From contig NW_003314286.1 of the NCBI RefSeq assembly GCF_000143415.4, positions 1,177,718 to 1,241,717 on the forward strand: a stretch of 64,000 nt of DNA, read 5' to 3'. The position numbers and the translations under genes are program-made. The notes below the pieces were generated by a model. It did not search any database, was not told the origin of the DNA, and saw nothing but the letters and a program-made list of their open reading frames with translations. The stretch is from Selaginella moellendorffii. Taxonomy: Eukaryota; Plantae; Lycopodiophyta. Below are positions 14,101-26,532 of the stretch, piece after piece (the first letter of the stretch is position 1; every line of letters starts with the position of its first letter).

Positions 14101-17100
14101 CATATATAAACTCAGATGTAGATTTATGCCTTTTTAACATGCTACTCCTTGGGGGATAGGCCCACTCTTGGGGACCTTCCAATGCTAATACAAGTGGTGA
14201 TATACTTGATCACCAATAAAAATTGGACTAAGGAATAGTTCCGATACTAAATTGTAAGAAACTAAAATTTCCATTTTACTTTAATCACTTAACCACACCT
14301 TTAACCACTTGCAGTAGTTTCACTTACAACCTCCATAATTATTATTTCTAACTTAGGGACATAATAAGCTTGTGAATGGCATTTATACCACTTAGCCTTT
14401 ACACTTGGTCTAAGGGTTCCACGTGTCCAATCCTATGAGAAACACCTAAATATACTATTGATATATCAGCTTATTACACTAAGATTATGTTCATTTACCT
14501 TTGTCTCATAAGTAGTCCAAGACCACCCATACCATAGTTTCATCTCCCAAAGACCAAGCTATCTATTCATGAGTGGTCATCCCAGCATCCTTAGGATACT
14601 TGGAGGCATAAGAAACACCTTTCCCCAATATCCCTTCTTTAGTTTCTACCAAGTCCTTCTCTATCCACAGCTATACTCACTAACACCACCATTGGGTTAG
14701 GGTTGAAAGCTTGATTACTAACTCCCATTAACTTTTAGGACTTCCTCACTATGTGATTGTATCTTTAATCACTACACAAGATGACTATTCCTTTTTCTTT
14801 CCATAGTTCAGGATATTGGGATTACATTTTGAAACATTATGGCCCTATACAAGGATTATGGGTACTTTCCCCACCTTCAACTCTTAGGTCCTCTAGCTAT
14901 ATGGCTAGAGTGAAGTTCCAATGAGCCATGCAAGGTATCCAATTATGTAGTGCTATCCACATTTGAATTGGGAACATTGACCATTCGATCTCCTAGAAGA
15001 GCTAAAGCTAGCTCTTGAATACTTTATCAAATTACCCCACTTGTCCATCCATGTTCACTCTAGCCTTAAACTCTTTAATGGTTATATCATCACCCACCAT
15101 ATAGGTATAACTCTCCTTGGTCACATTAGCCTTTCTTGGCCAAATTAGTTCCATTAAAATCCTCCCTCTACTATCCTTTTGGAGCTCATTAAACCCCCTA
15201 GGGTTTGGGAGACAATCACTTTAGGCTTTCACCCTTGGACTTGGATTTTGACTTGGACTTGGACTTGGACTCAGCTTAGGCTCGGTCTCGGCCCCGGTCT
15301 TAGTCTTAGTCTCAGTCTTGATCTAGGTTCTGGTTATAATCCCCATTTTGGAGTCCTTCTCGGACTCCATCTTGGATCCCTTCTTGGACACCTTCTCAGA
15401 CTTTATATCGAACTCCTTCTTGGACTCTATCTCAAACTCTTTTTCGGATTTGATCATAAGACTTTGACGTGTCAATTCTTCTTGTGTCCTTTTTTAGAGA
15501 CTTATTCACCAATTGTTTCACTTGAGCATTTTGTTTGAATTTCCACCCCCACTCTCAACTTTCCAAGTCAGAGATTTTGATCTAAATATATTATGCTTGT
15601 TGAACTTCCACTTTGACCACCACCATATAACACCCTTTTGGCTCTACTTTGGGGCTTAGGGATTTGTGTCTCACAAGAAAATTCACCTTGCATTTGGTGA
15701 GCCATGGCTTTGGCATAATTTCTAAAGCCTTTAATTCTAGAAACTCTAGGTGACTGTGATTTATAAAACAAAACAAAATATGTATTAAAATCTTAATAAA
15801 TATAATTACCTTTTTGAGATTGAAGGCAACTCACAAAATCCTCTAAGCTAGCATTTGAAGAACCTATATTCTTCAATAGCAAACACTGACCTATTAGAGT
15901 CATGTATTGCTTCTACAATAGAACCACTATTTACTGTGCAATCAATCATAACACTATCTGGTGGGCAATAGAGCTTAAGCAAGACTTGCATCACCAACAG
16001 AATTTGAAATTAGTACACTGGAAATGTGTTATAGATTTGCTCATTCACAAGATTGGGTATAATGTCAGTGGAATTATTGTACCCAAAATGTGTAATGTCA
16101 ATAAAACTGTATTCTCGCTATCATGAAACCCATTATGTGTGTTTTTGTAAAAGGTATGATAGCTCCACATCATAACCTAGAAAATAAGAAAGTTTAGAAA
16201 TTAAATAAAAATATAAAATACATACTCACCTTTTCAGGCTTCCCTTGGATGCCCCTAGTATCAACGCTAATGGGATCCATGATGCGCTTGAAAGAGAATA
16301 ACTTCAAATGAACTTTTGCTACATATATTATACATTGTTCATACATTCAATTGGGTTCATTCAATAGGATGAAGACAATATGGCTAATTTTGAGGATAAG
16401 TGCTTCCAATAAAAGGAATGCATCATGTATGTGGTCGGGTGTGAGAAAATTCTAGTCCTCAACTTTTCCATCAACATCTAAAAAACCGTATAAGAAGTTA
16501 AAGAGAATAAAGTTCGCAACAAGGAGTAAGGGCCTTTGTATCTTTTGACACCAATAATCGAACTAACACCGTATATCCATATTCATGTCATCTTCCATGA
16601 AAGATGATAACAAATTATTGAAGGAGCCAATAAAGACACCCACAATGCCTCGATTGTTATCGAAGAAACATGATGGATCTATATAAGAGTTAAGTGAATG
16701 ATAAAAGCAAGGAATAATATACTACTATCATATAATGTGTTATTGATAAGAGTTTTTTCAACTCCTCATCATGAGCATCTCGTCGAGCTGAAATGAAATT
16801 ACTACCAATAGTCATTGTTGCAAAAAACATATATTACCACCTTTGGTTTGTATAATTCACATTTGCTTACCTCAAGATTAACGTGATATTTTATGCACCA
16901 CTTGATTATCATTATTTACTGGTGGAACCTGATGTGGATCTTGGCTATCTGATGGTTGAATTAAAGTCTGATTTTGGCTGTTTGGTGGTGGAATATGAAC
17001 TTGATCTGAAGCTTCCTCATCCTCCTCTTCATTATCACTTACATCACCATCATTACAAGAATTGATAACTTCCTTTTGGTCTAGTGTAGGGGTCTCCTTC

Positions 17101-18146
17101 CCTAGGAATTCCAACTCTAAAGGGCACTCTATTTTTTGTGCATTCGGAACTTTCGTAAATATTCTTGGGTATATTCCTCCATCCTTTACACCCTTTGCAA
17201 TAAATCAAGTGCAAACTAGTGCCTCAAATAACATGTCTTTATATCAAAGATACTTATAAATAATACATATTTAGGGAAGATTTTAGAAATCATGTTATAC
17301 CTGTAAACTACATATCATATGAATAAGGTTGACCATGTTGGAAATCATAAATTGTTGTGCTTGTAAACTTCTTTGGCAACCACCCGTCTTCAATCCTTTT
17401 TAATGATGTGTGGATGTATGTGTTGAAAAGACATAAATGTGCTATCTAGATTATCACTAATGTATAGTGCTAAAAGATTCACTTTCACCTATAGCATATG
17501 TGATGTAGACATCTCTTCTCATCATATTCTCAAATACTTTTAGCAATCCTTTCTCTTTGTTCATTAAGTAGATATTGAGGAACTCTAAAATCTTTATATG
17601 TTACTTGTATGGAAGTCTCAAATTTGTAATATTATAAATCATGTCATTTGGAGTTTTGTTCATTACAAAAGTAACATATGTGCAATTGAGAAAAATTAAA
17701 CATGATAAATAACTTTCATTTATGAGAAAAAAAATTTAGCAGTCTCTAGCTACTCTTTTAACTTGCAATTGTCTATAATACATACTAGTTTTTTCAACTT
17801 TGAAGACTTTGCATATTGAATTTTCTGCTCAATTTGTATGAGATCAGTAGAGACCTCTTCCCAACTCTTCTCTAGATACGCAAATTTATAAGCATTTTTC
17901 TTGATCTTCACCAAAGGCTAGAAATCAAAACAATAAAAATATGTCTTTATAAAGTGAAAGGGAAAGATATACTTTACACCACAAAGTGAGCATAAAATTG
18001 ATTGAGTTGTTGAACCATATTATACCGTTATTTCAAGTGCACGAGTGCTGAATAAGTGTTGTAAGATCATCATTATAATATTGATAAATATCATCCTCAC
18101 TCAAGTTTGCCAAAAATCAGAGTTGTTCAATGTCATGAATAAGGTT
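8184..18146 (-). pseudogene. Decayed multi-exon gene with beta-class amino (N4C/N6A) DNA methyltransferase-like domain, split by the LARD at 8258-15675
   Basis: Exon ~16678-16230 has VANFILFNFLYG (DPPY-like motif IV, 16485-16499). Exon 16176-15810 has LLKLYCPPDSVMIDCTVNSGSIVEA...RSVFAIE (motif I, 15920-15946). A 53-nt GT-AG intron lies at 16229-16177. The last exon resumes across the TSD and ends ...RNQYVDDEAKES* at 8184. Confidence 0.6.
8258..15675 (-). mobile_element. Old non-autonomous LTR retrotransposon (LARD family A): 5' LTR 15675-14253, 3' LTR 9879-8258
   Basis: Reverse-complement homologue of the 55197-63005 element along its length. Decayed PBS ~14238-14249, PPT at ~9880-9891, TSD GGAAA (8253-8257) / AGAAA (15676-15680), heavy C>T/G>A decay. 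Confidence 0.85.
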
Positions 18147-18285
18147 CTACTTTTGAACAGCAAATCGCCCAAGCTTGCATTTAAACATGACAAAACAAGT
18201 TAAAGTAGAGTTAGAGGTGAAATTATAAAACTTATGCATTAATCTTTTGGCATGCCAAGATAAGTTTGTTAACATCCAAAGACCT

Positions 18286-18480
18286 CCAAAGTGCCTAAAG
18301 GTGGCTGGCACAAGCTTGACTTTAGGCATTTTAGAGGCCCAAAGGGCCAAGGTTATTCAAATAACCATGGCCCCCTGGGCAACTAAAGTGTCCTAGGTGG
18401 CCAGCTTGAGCTTGACCTTAGGCACTTTGGCCACTTGGGGGGCTAAGGTTATTTGAATAACCTTAGATCCCCAAGCTGCT
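18286..18480. repeat. Two ~95-bp units with nested palindromes (AAGGTTATTYRAATAACCWT)
   Basis: Palindromes at 18344-18373 and 18443-18466, and an inverted pair CCAAAGTGCCTAA (18286) / TTAGGCACTTTGG (~18418-18430). Confidence 0.6.
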
Positions 18481-18649
18481 AAATTGCCCAACCAAAAATG
18501 CTTAAAGTGGCTATAAAAATGTTTGTGTTTGCCAACAAATATGCAAAGTGGCCATCATAAAAGGAGTAAACAAAAAAAAGCATAAAAGTAATCAAATGGA
18601 AAAAACTCACATTTAATGGCATTGTTGTTCAGTTTCCCATTCGTGTGCT

Positions 18650-19020
18650 AGATCTCTCTTATTCTTAATCTTGCACTCTCACACACTCAATCTTTCGCAC
18701 TTTTGGTCTCAACTTGTGCACTCGATTTCTCACACTTTCTCACTCAATCTCGAGTTGTGTTTGCACTTGCATATTAGATCTCTTCCACTCACACCTTCAA
18801 TCTTTCGCACTCGCACACTCAATCTCTCACTTGCAAGCTCAATCTCACACACTTATGCACTCAATCCCTTGCACTCTACCACACTTGATCTCTCACACTC
18901 TCCCGCACTTAATCTCTTGCACTCGTGTGTTTAATATCTTGATTTCTTGCATGCTCCACTCAACCTAATCTTGGCAGCTACCCTAACCCTAATCTTGATG
19001 GTTGCCCTAACCCTAATCAA
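18650..19020. repeat. Decayed low-complexity CACTCAATCTCTC array ending in CCCTAACCCTAA telo-box-like motifs
   Basis: Short imperfect repeats; a related fragment occurs at ~11130-11245. Confidence 0.5.
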
Positions 19021-20383
19021 TCTCTCATCCTAGCTATTCATTCTGAATAACCTGAATCTCAACCGTCACGATATCTTTGATTTTATTTTATCTTATCATT
19101 TTATTAAATGTGAATTATAGTTTAATGATGATATAACTAGCACCTGTCAATATTTTAGTTATTAGAGATATGATATTACTTTTTTCAAATTGTCTAGAAA
19201 GGATACATTCTTAGTACATATTTTGGAATTGTTACAGGAACTTTAAAGAGTATAAATAAGGCACATTGAAATATATTATACTATATTAATCTATAAATGG
19301 ATGAATCCTCATCAAAAAATTTATTTTATGTTGTATTAGATCCTAAATAATAGGCACATGGTTTAAATATCATTGAGCAGTATTCATAATTATGGATAAA
19401 ACTCGAGTTATACTAAGAATCAAATCTATCATTAAAGAATTATCATTACTTAGCACTTAAGATTTGATAAGCTTTATCACCACCTAGCACTTAAGATTTG
19501 ACAACTTGATACATCACACATGCTAAGAGTTAAATTGGATCTTTTGGATTGACACACTATAGTAGAATGTCATTATTGATATCATTATTAACTAACTAAC
19601 TTTACACGTTGAAAATCCTTCCTTAGATCTATGTGTATACATACATCAAACATCACAATAAACAATAGTAATATTAATACTGTCACACTTGCATATGTTA
19701 AATTTGCTATAGACTTTAAATTCATTTTATATGTTATTAATATTCTTCTTATTGGTCTCCTTAAATTTCAATTTATGTTTCACTATAGATTTTTACAAGT
19801 AGCATAAAGAGAGAGAGAACTGCAAAACTTATTAAGGATAGAGATGTTTTTTCTATATTTTTTAGATCACCCACCTCTTTCATTCTTTTAAAGTATTGTT
19901 TATGAAAGTTTTTATGTTAGCGTTTTGATTTTCGTCTTAGCTCTATTTCTTTAGAAGCTATAATTTGCAATGACACCGATATAGTTGCATGTTCGGAATT
20001 TCTTTTTTCCAGTGTGGGTGAGGGCAGACAGCAATAGAATTTATAGAATTCAGTGAATGTAAAACAAAAGTTAATCATCATCCTCTCCTCCTCTTTTAGT
20101 TCAAGTAAAGAAGTCATGCTAGTGCTAGTACCGAATTCACTAGCTCCATCTTCAGTAATATTCAAAGCCGTTAGTGATGCTTTCCTTCATGCCTCTCAAT
20201 CGATATACGTTTGTTTTTGTATAAACCTATGAGCGAGCTTTTATCTTTCTATAATGGCAATATTTTCTTCGAGCTACCACCTCTTGTCAGTAGCATAGGT
20301 TCCAATAGAAGGGGATAGAAACCAAGTAGAATGTCTACAATTGGTGTAAGATCAAGACCACATTTCCAACATTTTAAAAATAA

Positions 20384-20406
20384 AGCTCTATTTCGTTAAA
20401 GTGGGA
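20384..20406 (+). repeat. Left terminal inverted repeat
   Basis: AGCTCTATTTCGTTAAAGTGGGA. Confidence 0.9.
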
Positions 20407-21042
20407 TTTATTCAGTAAAATGGGACTAGGTACAAATTTTCAAGTATTTGAAAATGACGTGAAATTATATGTTTTTTGTCCAAGGGCTAGACATATCTGG
20501 GGCATGGTGACTAGCGCGGTGACTTTGTGTCCAGACTGAGTCCATCTGGTTGTATAATAAATCTCATTGTCAAGGTGAACAAGCCGAATCTGAAGTTAAA
20601 GAAGAGCGATGGCATGCGCGCACACACTATTTGTTTGTTCATTGAGCGTGTGGTGAGCTTTCCAAGATGAACGTCATTCCTATTAGCCAAACATATAACT
20701 TAATGGTGAGAACATTTAGATATTATTCAATGTTATCTTTTTCTAACGAATCTAATTGTGAAGGTGTAGCAAGAGGCATTGCTAGTCTGGAGAAGTCATT
20801 TAACTCATTTGACCCTTAGTGTATTTTCATGAAACTAAATAACATTCATATTATTAAGGAATTTCTCTAGTACCTTTTTTTTACGACATAGAGGCTTGCA
20901 TTTCTTTCAAAGGTGATTTAGTAAAAGGCCTGAGGGCACATGCCATTCTATTTCTCAGACCGGTATTAAGATATACTAGTGCAAAGGGAAAAAGGTATTT
21001 GGTGATCAAGTAAATGGCATGAGGGCACACGCCATTATAAGC

Positions 21043-21300
21043 CTAAGCGCTAGTGGACACCTCCTTTTTGGTACTCTCAGCGGTACTATCATCCTTCTCC
21101 GGGTCAGTTGTTTTGCTTTGGATTGTTGTCTCTAACGTTACTGGGGCGTTCTCGATAGTTGTTAATGTTGCCGTTTGTTCAGAAAAATGATCACCTGGAG
21201 TATAGTACGGGGAGTTTGGAAGACTTATATATTCTACATCTTCACCTATCTCCTTCTCCGTCTCCTTTTCTGCCTCACTTACAGATTTTGTGCTTGCCAT
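21043..21300 (-). CDS. Small acidic/Thr-rich ORF inside the DNA transposon (hypothetical)
   Basis: ATG at 21300 opens MASTKSVSEAEKETEKEIGEDVEYISLPNSPYYTPG... (85 aa), a GC-richer island in AT-rich subterminal DNA. Confidence 0.3.
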   Translation of the reverse strand: MASTKSVSEAEKETEKEIGEDVEYISLPNSPYYTPGDHFSEQTATLTTIENAPVTLETTIQSKTTDPEKDDSTAESTKKEVSTSA

Positions 21301-22013
21301 GAGAACGCTCTTCACCCTAAAATATGGAGTTCGTTGTGTTATAAAAGGAAACCAACACACACGCTACAAGGGAATGATGGTACATAAAGCACGTAAGCCC
21401 ACAATATGGGTTTATGTGCCATTAATATGGGCCATACGCCATATTATTAGATTTATGCACATGTGATTGGTAAATGAATATGTCACATCATCTTTGTTTT
21501 ACCTCACACACTATATTAGGCCTAATGAACCATATCACATGTGCGGACATGCTATATATATGGAGAAGTATTATGCAAGGATAGAAAAATTCAATGCATG
21601 ATTGTGGAGAGCAATGGCATGAAGCCACATGCTAAATAACATTTTAGAGAAAGAATTAAAATAGAAACATGCAAACAGTACTGAGTGGACCAAGACTTAG
21701 AAGTGCACAATTGAATGAGGTATTTCTAATAAATATTTCACTCACCTCATATAGGAATGGCTACCACTCTCAAATGGCGTATCGCCTCATGCCATCACCT
21801 CGCAATTTGTTATAACAATCCGATGAATTCATATTCGGCTTGTTCACCTTGAACTTTAAGTAAGATTTGCTAGAACAACTAAGAATTTATACTTGTTATT
21901 TGTATCATCTCACATAGGAATGGCGTAAGGCCACATGCCATCACGCCTCCTCTGATTCAGATTCGGATTGTTCACCTTGAAATAAAATACATTAGAAACT
22001 TAGTAAAGGAATA

Positions 22014-25000
22014 TTAATGAATCTCACCTTGAACCCGGGTTATGAATGCTCTTGCTGCATCTCTTGCATGGTCTGGCAAGGTGATGGTGGCACTCTGCTT
22101 CCGCATCCAACCATGCACAACATTATCCACCGATATGCTCATGCTGGGATCCCTTGGATTTAGCACCCATCTCTTTTCTAGGCAATCCTTCGTATATCCG
22201 GAACTTGGCTTGAACCACTCCACAGTTATATTGAAGGAGTTAGTTTCCGCGTCCTCCTCTGCATCAGTGATGCAGCGCCCCACCCATATCATTTGTTTTT
22301 TATTACTGGGTCTAACAAGCACGACCATTCCTTTGCAGACCTGTACTGGATTGAATGCTGAATCCGGCTTCTTGTTCCTCGGCCCACAATAGTGATCCTC
22401 AACATCGTTATCTATCACTGCATTTCTAGAGGACATTGTTCCGCTACTATCTGGTGCTCTGGGTTCTGGCCAAAAGGACTCTTCCAATTCTTCATATACA
22501 ACCGGCCCATTTTGGATAGCAGATATAATCTTCTCCCAGTATTCGAGCAAAGGCTTGCACCTCTGAAAATAGGATTCTCCACCAAACACCAACCCCCTCT
22601 TCCAAAAGGCAATATGCTGTCTAATCCTGGCCACTATACTTTCCTGGTCTTTGAGTCCATCCGGGTGCATCGGCCGTGGGGAACCCTGAGGAATCATAGG
22701 TTCCCCAGTTATGGGATCTCTCTTGAAGAGTTCAATGCGTCCACTGGCAGCCACACTGTGTCCCATTCTCTCATCTTGTACCTCATCACTGGAGCACCGT
22801 CACGCATGCTGAAATGAAACTGAAGAGGCTTGGAGTGGCCAATCAACGTTTTGGATCCGTCCCTGATGTAGCCTCTTACAAACCCCTTAAAGTCTGGAAC
22901 CTCTGTCACAAGTGCAGCTTCAACAGTGCCTTTGATGCAATTTTGGAATTCATCGTAGAGTTGTGGGAGGGTGAGGACATTGGATCGCCGGAGGGACTCT
23001 GCTAGGTGACTGAACATGGCATCGACGTCTTCATGAGTGTGCCCAACCATGAGAAAGCCAAGTGTAACCGTTTCAAATATGCCTTTGGCAACAAGCATCG
23101 CCAAGTACGCAAAGACGTACATGTTTTTGTTCTCACTGCCAGCATTGTCTGTTTGGAGCAGAAGATGGGGTGGAAGGCCACATCGGCCGCAAGAACTTCC
23201 TTGAGATTCTGCTTCGTTTGGATGAGGCTGTGCATTCACCGGGCGACCAGCCTCGTCGGAATAGCATGAGGCCTCACGTGATAACCCTACAATCTGACGG
23301 CTAACATATTCACTGGGATGGCATGGGGCCCCATGCGATACTGCAAGCCTTTGCTCCTCCTCCAGCTGAACCCTGTATGGGGTTCGATAGACAAGGGCCT
23401 TATGCAAGGGTTGGCCGTTCAGCTCAGTCTGTGCACTTTGTAGAGACCTTAAGTGTTTTGCTAGGGACGCAATCATCATGTTTGCACCCCCGCCACCCCA
23501 TAGAGGTACAAAGAAGTTCCCATAGTTCTGGGCACCATGCCCATGAGCGATTATGCCAAACAGAGACATAGGCAGCTGCATGGATGAAGAGATTGCCTTG
23601 GGGGCAGGATTGAGTCGAGGTAAACACGTCTTTTTCTGGTCCATTTTGTCGTGGATGATGCAGAGGTAAGAGTTAGGTCTCTCCATGGAGAGAATCCTGT
23701 TATGATAATATGCAGTCCTGCAGCTTCTCTGCTCGATGTTGTGGTCGAGCCGCCTTCTAACCAACGTCTCTTGCTCTTGAGCGCTGCAAGAATTCTTCGA
23801 CAAAGCCATTTTGATAGCAGTGCACTCGTCACACTTTGAAAAGCTGGAGTACTTTCCTATACTCACATCCCTGAACCTGTTGCTCCACAATCTACTAAAT
23901 CTAGATTGGCTCAGCTTCCTGTAGCCATTACTCTAGAGTTCCCGATTCACATCTTCCAATATGGCCCCTTTGGTATACATGGAAGGGAGAACTCGTTGGG
24001 TGTCTCGTGTTCCATCTTCCAAGAGGCGGGTTTTATGTGGTTGCTGCTCGCTACATGTCTCGACAAACCTCTTGAAGATTGCCTCTCCATATACAACATG
24101 ACCCCTGGTTTTGTGCGTACTGTCGTTCCCATGGACTGCCTGTTGAACCCTTTGTTCCTCGAACTCAGTTTTGATTCTGTAGAATGTGCTTCGAGGGACT
24201 CCATAAATGATTCTCCATGCCTTCATGCAGACCAAACCCCTCTGGAAGACCATGCCCCCCACCTGATGTTCTGAAGCATCAACAGATGACCGTAATGCCT
24301 CATACACAAAATTGCGAGCTGCCTTCCAGGACAATGTCTTGTATCTTGCTCTCTCCTCTTCAATAGCATCCCAATCAGCATGTTGATAGCACCTCCTCTT
24401 GCAACAAGCAACTGTCGAGACCATTCGAACCTCCATCGCCATTTTCTGCCTTTTCGGTTCGTTGCTCAGATCCCTTTGGCTGCGCTTTAGGAAGGTGTAC
24501 TTTCTTTTCCCATGAAGAGATGTTCTGTCATCAGTTGTAGTGGTGTTTGATTGTGAATCCTTCACATTCTCAAACACTAAGTGCCTCAATTTCCACCGCA
24601 CAATGCTTCTAATAGTCAGACTGTTTTCTTCTGTGTCAACAACCTCTAAAATCGCAACTCCAATATCATCCCAGCCCAATTCTTGATTAGCAACTGCATC
24701 TCTTGGATCGACAACTGTTTTCCACCGCACAATGCTTCCAATAGTCAGACTGTTTTCTTTTGTGTCAACAACCTCTAAAATCGCAACTCCAATATCATCC
24801 CAGCCCAATTCTTGATTAGCAACCGCATCTCTTGGATCGACAACTGTGGCTAAGCCCTCAGCTACCACCTCCCCCTCGGGGTTGTTTAGAAACACCTTTG
24901 CCTGAATCCATGTAGCACGGTTCTTAAGATCCACGGAGGGAACATGCATCGCACTTGCGCTGTCCCCAACATCTGCTTTCTTCTGAAGATTTTTCAAGGC

Positions 25001-25210
25001 AACAACAACATTTACCCCGACGACCATCTCTCCTCGTTCAATAGCAACCACATTCCCATCGAAGACAGTCTCTACTGATACAGCAGCATTGCCTTCCCCA
25101 AGCCTTTGACAGTGTATAACAAAGTTCCGATCCATAGACACAAGGGTCCCTTTTGCAACTCTCTTCCCACCATTCAAAATGTAAACCTTTTCCCTAACCC
25201 TGAAGGCCAT
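22014..25210 (-). pseudogene. Sola-like DDD transposase (~1065 aa), one premature stop (23933-23935) and one frameshift (~22740)
   Basis: Three ORF-track pieces join into one gene. Motifs KCDEC, CIIHDKMDQKK, LLQTDNAGSENKN and FLMVGHTHEDVDAMFS indicate an RNase H-fold catalytic core. The N-terminus has Tnp1/En/Spm-C-like repeats. Confidence 0.78.
24590..24847. repeat. In-frame 129-bp tandem duplication in the transposase N-terminus
   Basis: TVVDPRDAVANQELGWDDIGVAILEVVDT[K/E]ENSLTI[G/R]SIVRWK occurs twice, nearly identical. Confidence 0.95.
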
Positions 25211-25574
25211 TCTGAAAGTGCAGAAAAGAAGTTAAGACCATACAAAAAATGATTGGAGAATGGCCTAAATCATAACATACCAAACAACCTCAATAGCATG
25301 AGGCCACATGCCATTATTCAAACATGCTATTGACACCCACGTGAAATTTCGCATTCACAAAATTGGCATGAGGCCTCATGCCATCTTGATATACACACAG
25401 CTACAGGCAAGTAAAAACATACATGACAATACGCTAGCCATGAAATTGCAAGGGCCCAAGATGGCATGTGGCCTCATGCCATTTCTAAATGTGGTCCTAA
25501 GCCATTCCATGGTGAACATACCAGGAAGCACAAGTGCCGAATATCAAGAGGAAGCGGTAGCCACACCAAAGACA

Positions 25575-25770
25575 GTGCCGCTCGCAACACCGCAACTACT
25601 CGTAGCGCCGCTCACAACACCGCAACTGCTCGTAGCGCCGCTCGCACAAACTGCCACTCACATAAACTGCCGCTCGCAATGGCGCTCGCAATGCCGCAAC
25701 CGCTTGTAGACGCATAAACCATAGCTCACAACGCCGCTTACACAAGCAGCGCTCACTGCGCTCAGCGGAA
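25575..25770. repeat. CG-rich tandem repeats (GCCGCTCGCAACACCGCAACT...) upstream of the transposase
   Basis: 30-bp and shorter imperfect units. Confidence 0.7.
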
Positions 25771-26506
25771 CCAAGAACACGGTGCACAAAAATGATAGAC
25801 CTAGGAATGAGTTCGAGAATTCAAAAATAACACACGCTTGAACGTCACATCAAATCCTCTGACAAACCAGATCTTATGATTCCTCTGACAAATTTCAAAC
25901 TGAGTAGCTTCTAGACTTTGCTGTCGAAGGTTGAACTTTGTCACATCATGTCCTTGCCTCAATCCAGCTGTGCCATGTTAGTGATTCGAACTTTGCCATG
26001 CCGTGTCAGTGATCCGTGCCAAGATTATTCGCCGTGTAAAGGAATAATTATGCTGTGTGTGTACGTCCATTTATGGCAATATAAGGCCACATGCCATTCA
26101 AAGAATAATGCTAGGCGAGCATTTTTTTGGTGCATTTTTGGGTTCAAAATTGCATGAGCCCACACGCTATAAAGTTTACCTGTACCAAAAATAGAAACAG
26201 CTTTATTTACTTGGGAATTTAAGTGGTTGAGGCATTTTTAACCTTACAAACACATGCCCTACTTACATTCCTTTGGTTGCTTAAAATTCAAAAATATTAT
26301 AAACCTTTCTTTTTGCATTTTCAATGTTTTCAATTATGGTTTTTGATTTTCGAAGGACCAGCCTAGTAATCTATTTGCATCCCGTCATGTTTATAGCTAG
26401 CTTTCGTTTGTCCCCTTCGCTAGCCTGAGATACATCTGCTCGGCATCTGCCTCTTACAGCATTTGCCCAGAAAGGGCATCTTTCTTCACGCAGCATTTGC
26501 CACATG

Positions 26507-26532
26507 TTTAGGGTTTAGGGTTTAGGGTTTAG
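26507..26532 (+). repeat. Interstitial plant telomeric repeat (TTTAGGG)3.7 / telo-box cluster
   Basis: TTTAGGGTTTAGGGTTTAGGGTTTAG. Confidence 0.8.
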
